Assembly (NCBI GenBank): GCA_946965045.2
Contig: OX337231.1
Coordinates: 124,001 to 188,000 of the forward strand
Length of the DNA: 64,000 nucleotides
Reading direction: 5' to 3'
Origin: Epithemia pelagica
Lineage: Eukaryota; Protista; Bacillariophyta
The notes below the pieces were generated by a model, which made no database searches, was not told the DNA's origin, and was given only the letters and a program-made list of their open reading frames with translations. How positions within the stretch are numbered: position 1 is the stretch's first letter; each line of letters begins with the position of its first letter. The translations under genes and the position numbers were made by a program. This document shows positions 22,621-34,440 of this stretch, in pieces.

Positions 22621-23533
22621 CTATGGTTGTTGTCCTGCCACAAATTGGATAAATTCCAAAAACGATACTTGTCCATCGCGATCCAAATCGGCCACGTTCA
22701 AAATTTTTTGAACGGCTTGCAACGGATTTGGTTCATCCGGAGCTATCGTATCGGCCAATTCAAATTCGGATAACATTCCATTGTGATTCAAATCCAATTC
22801 TTCAAAGGCTTGGACCATTTCTATATAAAAATCTTCTTGCGATCCATACGATGCGGTCAAGACCATGGCCCAAAACTCGGAAAATTCCAACGTTCCATTG
22901 CCATTGACATCAAACTATGGTGTCCTCATTTTGTTTTGACACAAAGTAGCAATGTAAGACCACGCAAGCAAAACCAAACACAAGAAAACCAAAAAAACTG
23001 TTGCTTGCAACCAACCTACCGTTTGGACTTGATCCATCAATTCGTCGAGAGTTGGTTCGTTCCCCAAGGAATGCGATACCACACTCAATTCGTCGATGGT
23101 AATGGATCCTGGATTCCGCAGACAAGAAGCGAGAATCAGTCATAGAGAAAGCAAATGGCAAACATCAACAGCAACACGGCCTACCATTGCCATCCATATC
23201 GTACTGTCGAAAGGCTTCCTCGAGATGTGTCCATTTATTCCTTCCTTCGGTGGGAGGGGGAGGAGGTCGTGGCTGCGGATTGTTCGGAACGTCAATGTGC
23301 AGCGTATCTTGTGACAATTGTCGACTCAGAAACCGTCGCCGCCGCCCTTGTCTTTCTGGAAAAAACCGTGTCGTTGCACTATCCTTCTTCTCGTTACGAA
23401 GCACCCTTCTTCTTGTTGTTGTTCTCGTCTCGGCGGAATCCACGCCTCCAGTACTCGCCGTTTTATTCGTGACGAGCAGCAACACTAACAGAAGCGACAA
23501 CCGTTGGTATAGTGGTGGTTCCTGCTGCCCCAT
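22621..23533 (-). CDS. Secreted calmodulin-like protein copy D; exons 23533-23185, 23108-23020, 22914-22621
   Basis: The spliced product EEAFRQYDMDGNGSITIDELSVVSHSLGNEPTLDELMDQVQTFDVNGNGTLEFSEFWAMV... aligns end to end with calmodulin. It has an N-terminal hydrophobic signal and an Arg-rich propeptide. Confidence 0.92.
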
Positions 23534-26515
23534 GATCCCGTTCGATTCATGCTCAATGAATTGTGATTCTGGATTCTGATGCCGATGAAATGGACGGTCA
23601 CAATTGAGAAGCTGAACGGTCGCTTTTTAGAAGCATACGCTGTTCCGCTGTTTTTCCTAACTCGCATCTCGCGCAACCCCAAAAAACGGATTCACGATTC
23701 ACGTGTATTCAGTCACGGCACAAGGGGGCGAATGGGCCCGAACATTGAACATTGAACATGACCTTGCGTGTGCGTTCTGGGTTCTGGTGCCTTAAGAACT
23801 TATTGAAGATCGCTGCTCTTGGTTTACCAAACATCACTAGATGGACATACTGAACGTTAGAGTGATCGCAATAGGAATGGACTTGAAGCTGGTCTAATTA
23901 CCTTAAGCCTGTCTAATCATCTCACGTGACATTCGCCTCATCGCGGCGATACTTGGTAGGTCGTCTATAAGTCGACGACCGGTCGCTGTATTTTTGGCTC
24001 TGTCGTCGGGTCTGGGTCCCTGCTCGCTCTGACGCCTGACCGGCGATAACTGGGAATGCTTGCAAGGGATTCTGTGTCAGTCGCCTGCACGTGAATAAAT
24101 ATTGTTGGAAAACTTCATTCTCCCTTCCTTTAACTGAGTCACGCAAGCGTACTGAAGACTCAGCGATTGACGATTGACCAAGTCAAGCAGAAATGGGCTG
24201 TTGGACAATGTCGACCACTATGAAAGTCCACATGCACAGGACTAGTCGCGGTAGTCTCCTCTCCAGAGGCCGCTTGAACCAGCCCCATCTCAAGCAGATG
24301 TGGTCCTCCGCAAAACGTTTGCTGCTTGTTCTATCACATTAAGCTCTATGTGGGCTACAACAGGATCGAGTGACATGCTCTACATGTAAAACATGCAGAC
24401 TCGAACCGACCGCCTACTGTGACTGATCTTAACAATCTTGGTGCAGCATTGACAAATGTGCCCAGTGTGACGTGCAGTGCAACATTCGTTAGGACTGGAA
24501 ACAAATACTTGTTTGTTACTGGTACCAAAAAAGAAATCAGAACCAAAAGGAGATTCTTGTTGCATACCACCTCGTTGACAATGGGTAATTCTTCATATGC
24601 TTTGCAAAGGAGATCACACCACCACGGGCGCTGAATCCTGGTCGATTGGTGGCGCCGGTTACGGAACCACCAGTCTGGGCCAAACCCCGCAAGGAGACTT
24701 GTTGGTGGATGGGAGTGGAACTAATTCTGTAATATCCTGATAGCATACCCTAACTCCGAGACAAACCCACGCAAGAAGAAACACCACGAATCATCACTCC
24801 AGACATCATCATGTCGACATTACAAACAGTAAAAAAGAACACCATTACATTAGATTAGTTTATTGGGACCGATGTTGCAACGAACGTCCAATATGCAGTC
24901 TCAACCTTCTTCCGCACTCAAAACAGACGTGTGTCTCACCCAAACCGTGGGTAGTTGTTGTGTCATCTCGAGTCTCACACCACACAAAACGTGACACTAG
25001 TCGTTTATTCATTTTAAGCACTTCTAGACACAGCACATAATTGGTTTTCTGGCAGCCGCGAAGTACGAATGGTAGAATTCCATGATATAGTAGTATGTGT
25101 GAAGGCCCACCAATCGGTTCCTGGTTGTGCTTTGCATAGGCCAAAAGAGCAACAAGAAGTGTTATGGTACATGATCTTGTATATATGGTTCGAACGTGGA
25201 TCCGTTGGAGGAGAATTGGACCAGCATGATGACAAACAGCTCCGCTCCGCCGCTCCATTCTTGTAAAATGCACTCTATTGGTAAAACTAGACATATGGAA
25301 TGAGATCAAATCACACTATGTAGACGACCTTATTTATCAGGTGCACATAGTAGCCTTGTCTGTACGATCGTCCTTCGGATTGGCCCCACGTAGGTGGGTG
25401 TGTCGTTTTCTTGGTTTTTTTGTTCTTATAGAAACAACCTCACGGTCCAAAAGAAAAGTCACTATGCAACAACTCTGATCATGACTCTGAACACGTCAAC
25501 GCAAGTTGCTCAAATGCTCCTTTTGTTGGTGGTACCGCAACAATCCTGATCCAGGCGGGGAATGCGGAGCGAGAGTTATCTACAAAGTCCGTTGACCGGA
25601 TACAATATTTGTCTAGAATCGAACTTTTCATCGCCAAAAATGGTCCAATCGATTTAGGTACTATTGGCCGGAACAATGTATCTCACGACAGGAGTACTCC
25701 ATGCTGGTTCACCAATGCCTTACAGCGTTGATATAAGAGGAAAAGATCAGCAGCGTACCCTTCACTGAAGTTTCGGACGTGCCAGTATCGATGTTATACA
25801 AAAATAATGGATTTTTTTTACGGAGTAAAAGACAACACAGGCGTTAATCCGGCGTCACGTATTTGTTGTACGAGGGGAATGGCAATCCCATTGCCATCAT
25901 TGATGCATGATGATTGGTATATTTCTTCTGACTGACACCAAATCTTTCACTTTAAATAAGAGTATAAGTTTTTTGTTGGAGCTACGAACACGAATGGAAA
26001 TGAAGATTTAGAGAAGGGCAACAAAACAACTTAGCAGGATTGAGTGGAATAATGTAGATGTACGACAAGCCGGATGAAAACAATCCAGTCCGTTCTGCGT
26101 TCGTTTGGACAGACCAGGTAAAACACTTGTAAGCACTGCAACACAATGTACCACACAACAGAAATAAATGGACAGGAAAAGGCATTTCTTTTGGCCTTTG
26201 GGCTAGATTAGGATGGGGTCATCGACCAGAACTCCTTGACCGTCCTGTTAGAAGAGGCTCCATCAGCAACGAGGTTGGTGAATCCTGCTGGTCGATTAGT
26301 GGCGCCGGTTGCTATACAGAATGAGATCAAATCGCACTATGTAGTTGGCCAAGTTATATTCTAGGATTCGTACCCCGTGGCTGATTTCCGCAAACGGTGG
26401 AACCAGCGAATATTCCCTCGTCTTCCTCCCAACTTGGGTAGTAATCACAATCTCCCAAGACACCAGCAAACCTTTGTGTTGGGATGGTTGGACCGATAAA
26501 GAGTATCGTGTTCTT

Positions 26516-29500
26516 CTAAGACGGTGGTGGTGGAGCTGTAGCGTGAGGAATTGGACCGTGAGTCATGCTGCCTCGTACATTCATGGGACGTGCCGGAGTG
26601 GCCATGGTATACCCACCCGATTCTCGTCGTTGTCGTCCCACCACGGGTGGAGGAGGAGGGGGTTGCTGCTGTGAGTGCGGTGGTGGTACTCGTTGTGGTG
26701 GTGGTGGACCACCATGTGTCATGCTCCCACGAACATTCATGGGCCGGGACGGTGTGGGCATGCTATAGCCACCCGACTCGCGTCGTTGACGCCCCACAAC
26801 AGGAGCCGGAGGAACAAAGGGTTGCTGCTGTTGCTGTTGTGGAGGAGCATGTGTCATGCTTCCTCGAATGTTCATGGGTTTCGACGGTGCTGCAGCTTGA
26901 TATCCCCCAGACACACGTCGCTGACGTCCCACAACCACTGGTGGTGGTGGACCACCCATGGGAAGATCATCGTGAGCCAAGTCGTACTTGTTTCCCATAT
27001 TGACACGGGTGCCATGGGCATTCAAGACGGGAGGAGGTGGTGGTGGCGGTCCAGTGCTGGCCCTTCTCATAGTGTAGGCACCCGATTCGCGACGTTGTCG
27101 ACCCACAACTCGTCGGACCGGAGACACGGGTGGATGGAGCGGATGACTTTCGGGCACATCGTACTTGCTCGTCGGAGGTGGTGGTGGTCCTCGAGTTCGA
27201 CCCGTGGCGACATTGGGAGGAGGAGCCTGTTGTGGTGGTGCATGTGGGTGTTGATGTTGCGCTGGTCCTCCTCCTCCTGATGGTGGTGGAGCCATGAGTC
27301 CGGCATTATAACTTTCCAAACTGGTCATGCTTCCATGAAGGTTGCTACGATGGCTATGAACGGGAGACATGGGCGGTGGCATGCCCTCCGGTCCGGCTTG
27401 AAAATTGCGCGATGGACGAGGAGGAGACAAGGTTGGTATACCATAAAGCTGCTGTTCTGGTTGTTTGGATTTGTTGTTGGAATCACCAAAGAGTCCCCGT
27501 GCCATGGAACCCAAGAGCGTTTTGCGAGGGGTATTGGGTGTTTCCGGAGGTGCTCCTTCCAGGGGTTGTTGCTGCTGAGGCGCGGACCACGACGGGGGAG
27601 GTGGTTTCAATGGTGGTCCACGACGAATTGGTGCTGCTTGTGGCTGGTTGTAGTAGGCACCACCGGCTGCTGCTGCAACAGGAGGACCAGCAGCCCGTGT
27701 TGGTCCATGCGGAGGTCCAGCATGAGGAGGCCGTTGTGGTGGTGGTGGCGATGGTCGGGCCGGTGGCTTGGAGTCTTCTTGCGAAAAGTAACTGACGGAA
27801 TCTACCGTATTGGTTTCTTCGGCCGTTGAATCCACTGAAACCGTTTCACAAACCGACACTCCATCTTCACCGCGACGACGGCGGCGCTTTTTCTTCTTCT
27901 TCTTCTTTTTGCGACGTTTCTTGTGCAGAGCCGTACTTTCTCCATCGTCACTCGAGGTTCCCGGCATGGGCAAGGCTCGTGTGGAGGCATAATTGTAATC
28001 GGCCAATCCCGCCATTTCTTCTTCTTCTTCGCCAGGCGAATCCTTGGCACGTCGTCCACGTCCCTTCTTGTTGTTGTTCTTGTTGGATCGACGGGAAGGT
28101 GGTGCCTGTTCGGGCAATTCTTGTTGTTGCTGTTCTGCGTGTCGTTGTCGTTTGCCGGGCGCATTGCACCAACACCGCACCAGCATCCACACGCCCAACA
28201 AGACGGCAATCAATCCAGCCCCGGCCGCGGCCAAAATCCACCAATCCAATCCTTGTGTCACAGAATCGACAAGGCTAGCACCTTCACCTTCACTGTTCCC
28301 TTCGGGATTGCCGGAATTGGTACCACCACCACCAGTGCCGCCCGTTCCACCAATGCCACCCGTACTTCCCCCCGTCCCCGAGGGTGGTTGGGTCACACTG
28401 CCATCGACAAAGGCCTCGAGCGAGTGCAACGAGGTAAAGAAATCGTGCCGATTCTGTTCCGCCATGGCACCGGGCAATTGCGCCTGGTATTGCAAGGATT
28501 GGACCAAATATTGAACGGCAGTGGGTTGTTCCTCCAAGACTTGATTTAATCGCGTGGCAAATTCTGCCACTTCCTCGACAACAATGTTGCCCCCCGTCAA
28601 CATGCCCGAAACTTGCAAGGAATCGGTATTGGCCAACTGACGGGGATCATTGTGATGCGTGTCCGTCAATTCTCGTTGTCGTCGATTGTTGACAAAAATT
28701 TGATTGTCCCACGCAATCTGAAAGACTTGAGAATAAATGGGTTCCAATTGCGCATTCCACCAGTCCACCAAGGCTTGACTCACAAAGGCTTGTTGGACGG
28801 CATCCAACTTGGTTCGGGCCGGCACGCCCTGCAACGTAATGTGCACGCGCGTTTGCACCGTCGTATAGCCCAAATAGGCGGCCCCAATATTGGCAGTGGC
28901 GGGCAAACTGGGCAAAATGGCCCCTTGCGAAAAGTCGGCCACGGCACTGGCGTAAATTTGCTCTTGAATCGTGCCCGAGGATAACGTCGTGTCATGCTGA
29001 AACACCAATTTGACAATGAGAAACTGACAGGCCGTCCAGCCCGGCACATTGCATTGCCCAACAAAGTTGCGAAACAGCGCCTTGCTCGAATCGGGCATGC
29101 GGAGATTGGCCGATTGGACATACGGTTGCAAGACGGCATTGGTTTGCAAAAATTGATCCACCTGAGCATTCACGGCTTGTTCAATGCGGCGATAATCGGG
29201 CGCGGCCAAGGTGGCATTGACAATGCTGGTCAATTCCAAGGCGGTTTCCGTCGTTAATGGAGGCGGCGGTTCCACTTGCCCTTGATTGTCGTCATTGGGA
29301 TTGCGATTGGTACAGACATCGCGTTCGTATTGCAAATGCCAGCGTCCCGAAAAGATGATGCGTAGACTGGTATCCAGTGTCGACGGAAAGGCTTGGCCCG
29401 CATCGTCAAATCCGCCTTTCATAGCGTCATTGGAGGGTAGGGCAAACGGATTGTCACCCGTGCCACCATTGTCGGGCATGGGATTGAACGGCAAGGGACT

Positions 29501-30298
29501 ACCGACAAACAGAGTCATGCGGGGACCACTCCGGCCTTGATCCTTGGGTTGTGCCATGGCATTGGTGGTATAGGTCAACCAGGGACCAGCGGCTCTTATG
29601 TAAAAGATGCGACGATCCAAGCGACCCAAGAGTACGCCACTTCCAGCTTTTGGGCCAAAGGCCGTCGTGGGAATCACGACGCGATCCCCGTCGGGATGCA
29701 AGACGGCCGTCGTATCGGCAATTTGGACAAAGGTACTTTGAATCGCGGCAAAGTCTTGTTCGTCGTACGTGGCATTGGAAATATAGATCCGAATGCGCCA
29801 ATCATAGTCCAAATCGGGAATTTGGGAATCGACGGCAATCTCCAACGTTTGCAAGTGAATCGGCTTGACCTTGCTGCCCAAATAAAAGACGAGCCCCGTC
29901 TTGCCCACGACGCGTTGCGTGTGATCCACATCGGTATCGGGATTATAAACCTCACTCCGCCAACAAGCGGGTTCGTCTTGAAAGGACGTCATTAATGTTC
30001 GCAAGGAGGAGGACGATTCGGAGGAGAATGGGATGCCGGCATTGCCGTTGCGCAAATGGAATGGCGATTTTGTTTTGGTAGGCACCAAGTGGATTGCATG
30101 CGAGTTTGGAAGTGTTGTGGTTGTGGTGGTTGGATCCAATCGTTGCAATTCCTCTAGTGGTTGCAATTCTTGTTGATGCTCTTGTTCAGTGAAAGCTACA
30201 ACACTTGCCGGATGCATCCGCATGACAACAATCAATAGAAGAAGAAGAGCCGCACAGGGCCAACCATCAGCTCCGCCTCGCACAACCCTTGCTGGCAT
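26516..30298 (-). CDS. Single-pass type I membrane protein (receptor/adhesin-like), 1260 aa, paralog 1
   Basis: Signal peptide and an ectodomain shared with 34441-38661 (ACWRSEVYNP...GLVFYLGSKVKPIHLQTLEIAVD). TM segment WWILAAAGAGLIAVLLGVWMLV, then a Pro/Gln-rich tail with repeated VVGRQRR[EV]SG[AG]Y motifs. Confidence 0.9.
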   Translation of the reverse strand: MPARVVRGGADGWPCAALLLLLIVVMRMHPASVVAFTEQEHQQELQPLEELQRLDPTTTTTTLPNSHAIHLVPTKTKSPFHLRNGNAGIPFSSESSSSLRTLMTSFQDEPACWRSEVYNPDTDVDHTQRVVGKTGLVFYLGSKVKPIHLQTLEIAVDSQIPDLDYDWRIRIYISNATYDEQDFAAIQSTFVQIADTTAVLHPDGDRVVIPTTAFGPKAGSGVLLGRLDRRIFYIRAAGPWLTYTTNAMAQPKDQGRSGPRMTLFVGSPLPFNPMPDNGGTGDNPFALPSNDAMKGGFDDAGQAFPSTLDTSLRIIFSGRWHLQYERDVCTNRNPNDDNQGQVEPPPPLTTETALELTSIVNATLAAPDYRRIEQAVNAQVDQFLQTNAVLQPYVQSANLRMPDSSKALFRNFVGQCNVPGWTACQFLIVKLVFQHDTTLSSGTIQEQIYASAVADFSQGAILPSLPATANIGAAYLGYTTVQTRVHITLQGVPARTKLDAVQQAFVSQALVDWWNAQLEPIYSQVFQIAWDNQIFVNNRRQRELTDTHHNDPRQLANTDSLQVSGMLTGGNIVVEEVAEFATRLNQVLEEQPTAVQYLVQSLQYQAQLPGAMAEQNRHDFFTSLHSLEAFVDGSVTQPPSGTGGSTGGIGGTGGTGGGGTNSGNPEGNSEGEGASLVDSVTQGLDWWILAAAGAGLIAVLLGVWMLVRCWCNAPGKRQRHAEQQQQELPEQAPPSRRSNKNNNKKGRGRRAKDSPGEEEEEMAGLADYNYASTRALPMPGTSSDDGESTALHKKRRKKKKKKKKRRRRRGEDGVSVCETVSVDSTAEETNTVDSVSYFSQEDSKPPARPSPPPPQRPPHAGPPHGPTRAAGPPVAAAAGGAYYNQPQAAPIRRGPPLKPPPPSWSAPQQQQPLEGAPPETPNTPRKTLLGSMARGLFGDSNNKSKQPEQQLYGIPTLSPPRPSRNFQAGPEGMPPPMSPVHSHRSNLHGSMTSLESYNAGLMAPPPSGGGGPAQHQHPHAPPQQAPPPNVATGRTRGPPPPPTSKYDVPESHPLHPPVSPVRRVVGRQRRESGAYTMRRASTGPPPPPPPVLNAHGTRVNMGNKYDLAHDDLPMGGPPPPVVVGRQRRVSGGYQAAAPSKPMNIRGSMTHAPPQQQQQQPFVPPAPVVGRQRRESGGYSMPTPSRPMNVRGSMTHGGPPPPQRVPPPHSQQQPPPPPPVVGRQRRESGGYTMATPARPMNVRGSMTHGPIPHATAPPPPS

Positions 30299-30555
30299 GG
30301 TAGAGTAGAGAATGTTGTTGTTGTTGTTGAGTCGTTCCTCTCTCCTGCCGGATCCTCTTTCACACAAGCGAACAATACTACTACCCAAACACAAGATGGA
30401 ATGAAAAAAATAAAACGAAACAATGATTGTTGTCACAGTGTGAAAGACATTGCACCGTTTCTTGGTTGTTGTTCGTAACCACACCGAAACATCCACCAAA
30501 CAGTCGGGACCCTATCAGTGTACAATCCGCGACTCGTTAGTTCCGTCACGGGTCA

Positions 30556-31045
30556 TTTACGTACATTACCCCCCTTCTTCAATACTGGTATCTGGTTGGG
30601 CTCATTCATCCCAGCAACATATCAGCCAAATAATCAAATTTACGTACATTACCCCTCTTCTTCAATGCTGGAATCTGATTGGGCTCATTCATCCCAGCAA
30701 CATATCAGCCAAAATATCACATTTACGTTTATTACCCCTCTTCTTCAATTCTGGAATCTGATTGGGCTCATTCATCCCAGCAACATATCAGCCATAATAT
30801 CACATTTACGTACATTGCCCCCCTTCTTCAATGCTGGAATCTGGTTGGGCTCAATCATCCCAGCAACATATCAGCCAAAAATCACACTTATGTACATTAC
30901 CCCCCTTCTTCAATGCTGGAATCTGGTTGGGCTCATTCATCCCAGCAACATATCAGCCAAAAATCACACTTATGTACATTACCCCCCTTCTTCAATGCTG
31001 GAATCTGGTTGGGCTCATTCATCCCAGCAACATATCAGCCAAAAT
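30556..31045. repeat. Tandem array of six 82-83-bp units
   Basis: Unit TTTACGTACATTACCCC(C)CTTCTTCAATGCTGGAATCTGGTTGGGCTCATTCATCCCAGCAACATATCAGCCAAAATATCACA, with periods 83, 83, 83, 82, 82. Confidence 0.97.
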
Positions 31046-32445
31046 CCCTCGGTATCAGTGTCAACTGCTTAGCTGTTTTTTGTCTGTGCCACCTTCATAG
31101 GTTCCCAAGTGGACACAGACAGAAAATTTCCTTTTTGACGCAAATGGAAATGACTAAATTGCAAATTGGCACGCATACCCAGCTGGAGTTTTCGCAGTTC
31201 ATGAAACAGACGCATGCCCAGCAAGCGGCCCTGCGTGGATGACGGTTGCAGAATGCGCCATCCAAATTCCAAATCCCCCATAAAACCACACAGAGGCCAT
31301 CACCCACAATGGCATGGCATGAATTGTCGCCTTTCATGCAGTTGAGGTAAGTTTGAACGTACAAAAATGTCTCCATGACAACAACAGCTTTTGAACTGTC
31401 ATTCTAACTTCTCCCTCACACTTGTATTCGTTTTTCTCTTCTGATATTCAACATTCGACAACTGTCTCTCTCTCTGTCCACTTCATTGAGAGTGAATGTT
31501 TGTGCCTATGGAATGTCAAGTCTCCATTCAAGCCTCGGCTTAAAATTGGAGACCACATAGAGCTTCTTTCTTTGTATACTACTCCTAGGAGTTTCTATCA
31601 GAAGTTTATTTCCTATCTTATTGATTTTGTAAGATCGTGCGTGTTATTGCCGTGCTTTCAACCACCATGACACTCTGGTGAAGGTTTGGGGCCATCTTGA
31701 AGCAACTGATCGACTCTGTGATCTACGAAGACTAGTTTGAGTAGGCCTAGTGGCAACAAGCTGCCTTAGTTTGTTGTCATCTCTAGGTCTATGTACTTGA
31801 GTATCCGACACACAAAGAAAGGTTCTTGATCTGTGATCGACATGGAGATGGACTAGGCGAAGCACAATGATGAGAGTAAAAATCCATGCTACAAAGATAA
31901 GAACACAACCAACAATCAAGGAGCACTACGATTAGAGCAAGGAAAAGTTGTGGCAAACGGCCTACAATGACTTGTCCTCCGTTTGATTGCGACAAAATCA
32001 AAGGAGCACCAACCATCAGCATTAACAGGGACAAAGATTAATGAGATAACGTGTGAGATAACTACGCAGGACATGAAAGAAGCTAAGAGACAAACAACAA
32101 GCAACAAGAGAGAAAAACCAACCAAAATACTACTTCAGGTCGCAAGGATTCATAAAGAGCTCGCTTCATGGTCAATGTCGACTGTCGATGCTTTTGACAT
32201 CGCGTGAGATTTTTGTGACGAGACGAGAGTCGTGTGAAAGGATTCCAAATTTGAATCGTGGTCACGGTCACAGGAAGATGCTAACCGCCAACTGTCACTT
32301 GCACGCCGGCATTTCCACCAGCACGAGGAACCATATTGGTGAAAAGGACAGACGAAAAGTGAAATTTTCTGTCTGTGTCCACTTGGGAACCTATGAAGCT
32401 GGCACAGACAAAAAACAGCTAAGCAGTGGACACTGATACCGAGGG
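31046..32445. mobile_element. Non-autonomous TIR element E1 (1400 bp, about 85-bp TIRs starting CCCTCGGTATCAGTG)
   Basis: The left end from 31046 and the reverse complement of the right end at 32445 match over 85 bp with 2 mismatches. No transposase ORF and no TSD. Confidence 0.85.
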
Positions 32446-32605
32446 TTTACGTACATTACCCTCCTTCTTCAATACTGGAATCTGGTTGGGCTCATTCATC
32501 CCAGCAACATATCAGCCAAAATATCATATTTAGGTACATTACCCCCCTTCTTCAATGCTGGAATCTGATTGGGCTCATTCATCCCAGCAACATATCAGCC
32601 AAAAT
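32446..32605. repeat. Two more copies of the 83-bp unit between E1 and E2
   Basis: Units at 32446-32528 and 32529-32605. Confidence 0.97.
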
Positions 32606-33970
32606 CCCTCGGTATCAGTGTCCACTGCTTAGCTGTTTTTTGTCTGTGCCATCCTTACAGGTTCCCAGGTGGACACAGACATCATTTTTTGCTTTTGAGA
32701 CAAATAGAAATGATCAAATGGCAAATTGGCACGCATACCCAGCTGGAGTTTTCACAGTTTGAAACAGACGCATGCCCAGCAAGCGGCCGTGCGTGGATAA
32801 CTGCTGGTTGCTCCATAATTCATAATGACAAGTACACAATTCTTTTCTCTTGTTGCCGAAGCACATCGTACGAATTACGAATGGCATTCCAGGTGAGTGT
32901 GATCCGTTGCCAATTGCCATGACAATTACATAGCTCATGCTCACTGATCACTGACACTTGTCACTTTTGTTTGCTCTGCTCATGGGAAGAGAGGCGATCA
33001 TCTGTTGTGTCTCTGGGTAGCTCATTACGTGCCATTCTACATGTCGAAATGACGGATTTTTGATAACTTTCATTCAATTCATAAACAGACTGCAGACATT
33101 GTTTTCTTTATATACTAGGAGTAGAAATAGAACTCAAGTGCTATTCATTCGTAGAGTTCAGTGCATTCTGAATTCGTTGCAGATCTCTTTTCTGTTTTGA
33201 GCATGGCAATGACTCTCAGTTTCACCATGAACACAAGCAGCTCTCACACGCTACAGCTACATCTTTTGACTCTATGAACTGATAGACATGGAAAGTAGGG
33301 TGTGGCAAGAGCAAGAGGGCTTCCCATCTATTTGAAGCAAAAACAACAAAGTGTTCGGTCATTGAGAAATGAGATGATGCTACGACCTATGACGATAGTG
33401 AATCATCTATCCTACAGAAGACATGAAAGCAACCAACCAACAATCAAACAACAAAACAATTACTCCTACATCAACAAATGAGACGGGTAAGATACTCCAG
33501 TTGACATCAAGCGGCTTGTTCCTAGTCTACTCGTTCAACAAGAGACAAGCCAAAGGATCATGCATGAACAAGAGGAAAGATTGCAGCAGTGATGAGTGAG
33601 AAGAAAGAAAAAGAAACAAGAAGATTAGAAATAAGCCACAGTAGTGAGAAGTGAGAAGCAGTTCAGGTTCAGCCCAGCATGTTGCATCCATTGTTCTCAC
33701 CTCACGTCATGGTCAAGCATTTGGCTCGGTTTTTGGTGTTTTGTGACAGACGAGGACGGGAGGGTTGCCCAAAAAATTTGAATCGTGGTGACCAGAGGAC
33801 AACCACCAACCGTCAACTGTCACATGCACGCTGGCCTTGCTCCAACCCTGAGGAATTTTATTGGGTAGACAGACAGACGAAAAACATAAAATGCTGGCTG
33901 TGTCCACTTGGGAACCTGTGAAGGTGGCACAGACAAAAAACAGCTAAGCAGTGGACACTGATAACGAGGG
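32606..33970. mobile_element. Non-autonomous TIR element E2 (1365 bp), diverged relative of E1
   Basis: Same TIRs (CCCTCGGTATCAGTGTCCACTGCTTAGC... / ...GCAGTGGACACTGATAACGAGGG). About 200 bp of subterminal sequence is shared with E1, while the core is strongly diverged. Confidence 0.85.
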
Positions 33971-34050
33971 TTTACGTACATTACCCCCCTTCTTCAATGC
34001 TGGAATCTGGTTGGGCTCATTCATCCCAGCAACATATCAGCCACAATATC
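33971..34050. repeat. Single terminal copy of the 83-bp unit
   Basis: TTTACGTACATTACCCCCCTTCTTCAATGCTGG...ATCAGCCACAATATC directly after E2. Confidence 0.95.
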
Positions 34051-34440
34051 AGTGACCTGAAAGTTGGTGGGGCCTGGGGGAGCTTCCGTTGGTCAGTCAG
34101 TCCGTGTCATTCGTCGATCTGTCAATCTGTCATTCGGTCTGCTTGTCATTTTCCGTCCGTCTGTCTACCCGATGGGGCAAAAAGACCAGACTCCGCCCCT
34201 CCTACGTTCGGGACTCGGGAGTCTTGCGACTCGTTGGCCCCTCTCGTCACAATCTACGACCATGGAAACTCCCCCAACCAGAACCAGGACACATCCCGAC
34301 CACACCCAACAATTCCTTTGGGGGCTTGCTCCTCTTGTTTATTTCATTTTCTATAGTATCTTCAATAAAGAGAGTCGTTGTGGTTGTTGTCGGAAACACC
34401 AACAACAACAACAACAACAACACGAAACCAAACGCGAAAC

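Noticed and set aside
30940-30970. Sm-site-like GATTTTTGG on the minus strand of the repeat unit (snRNA/SL RNA idea)
   Set aside because: Present in only some units (others read GATATTTTGG), and there is no other snRNA similarity.
30518-31242. ORFs of 89-187 aa over the 83-bp array
   Set aside because: They are by-products of the tandem repeat cycling through frames, with no coding signature.
30556-34050. CRISPR array interpretation of the 83-bp repeats
   Set aside because: Units are directly adjacent with no unique spacers, are too long, there are no cas genes, and the context is eukaryotic.
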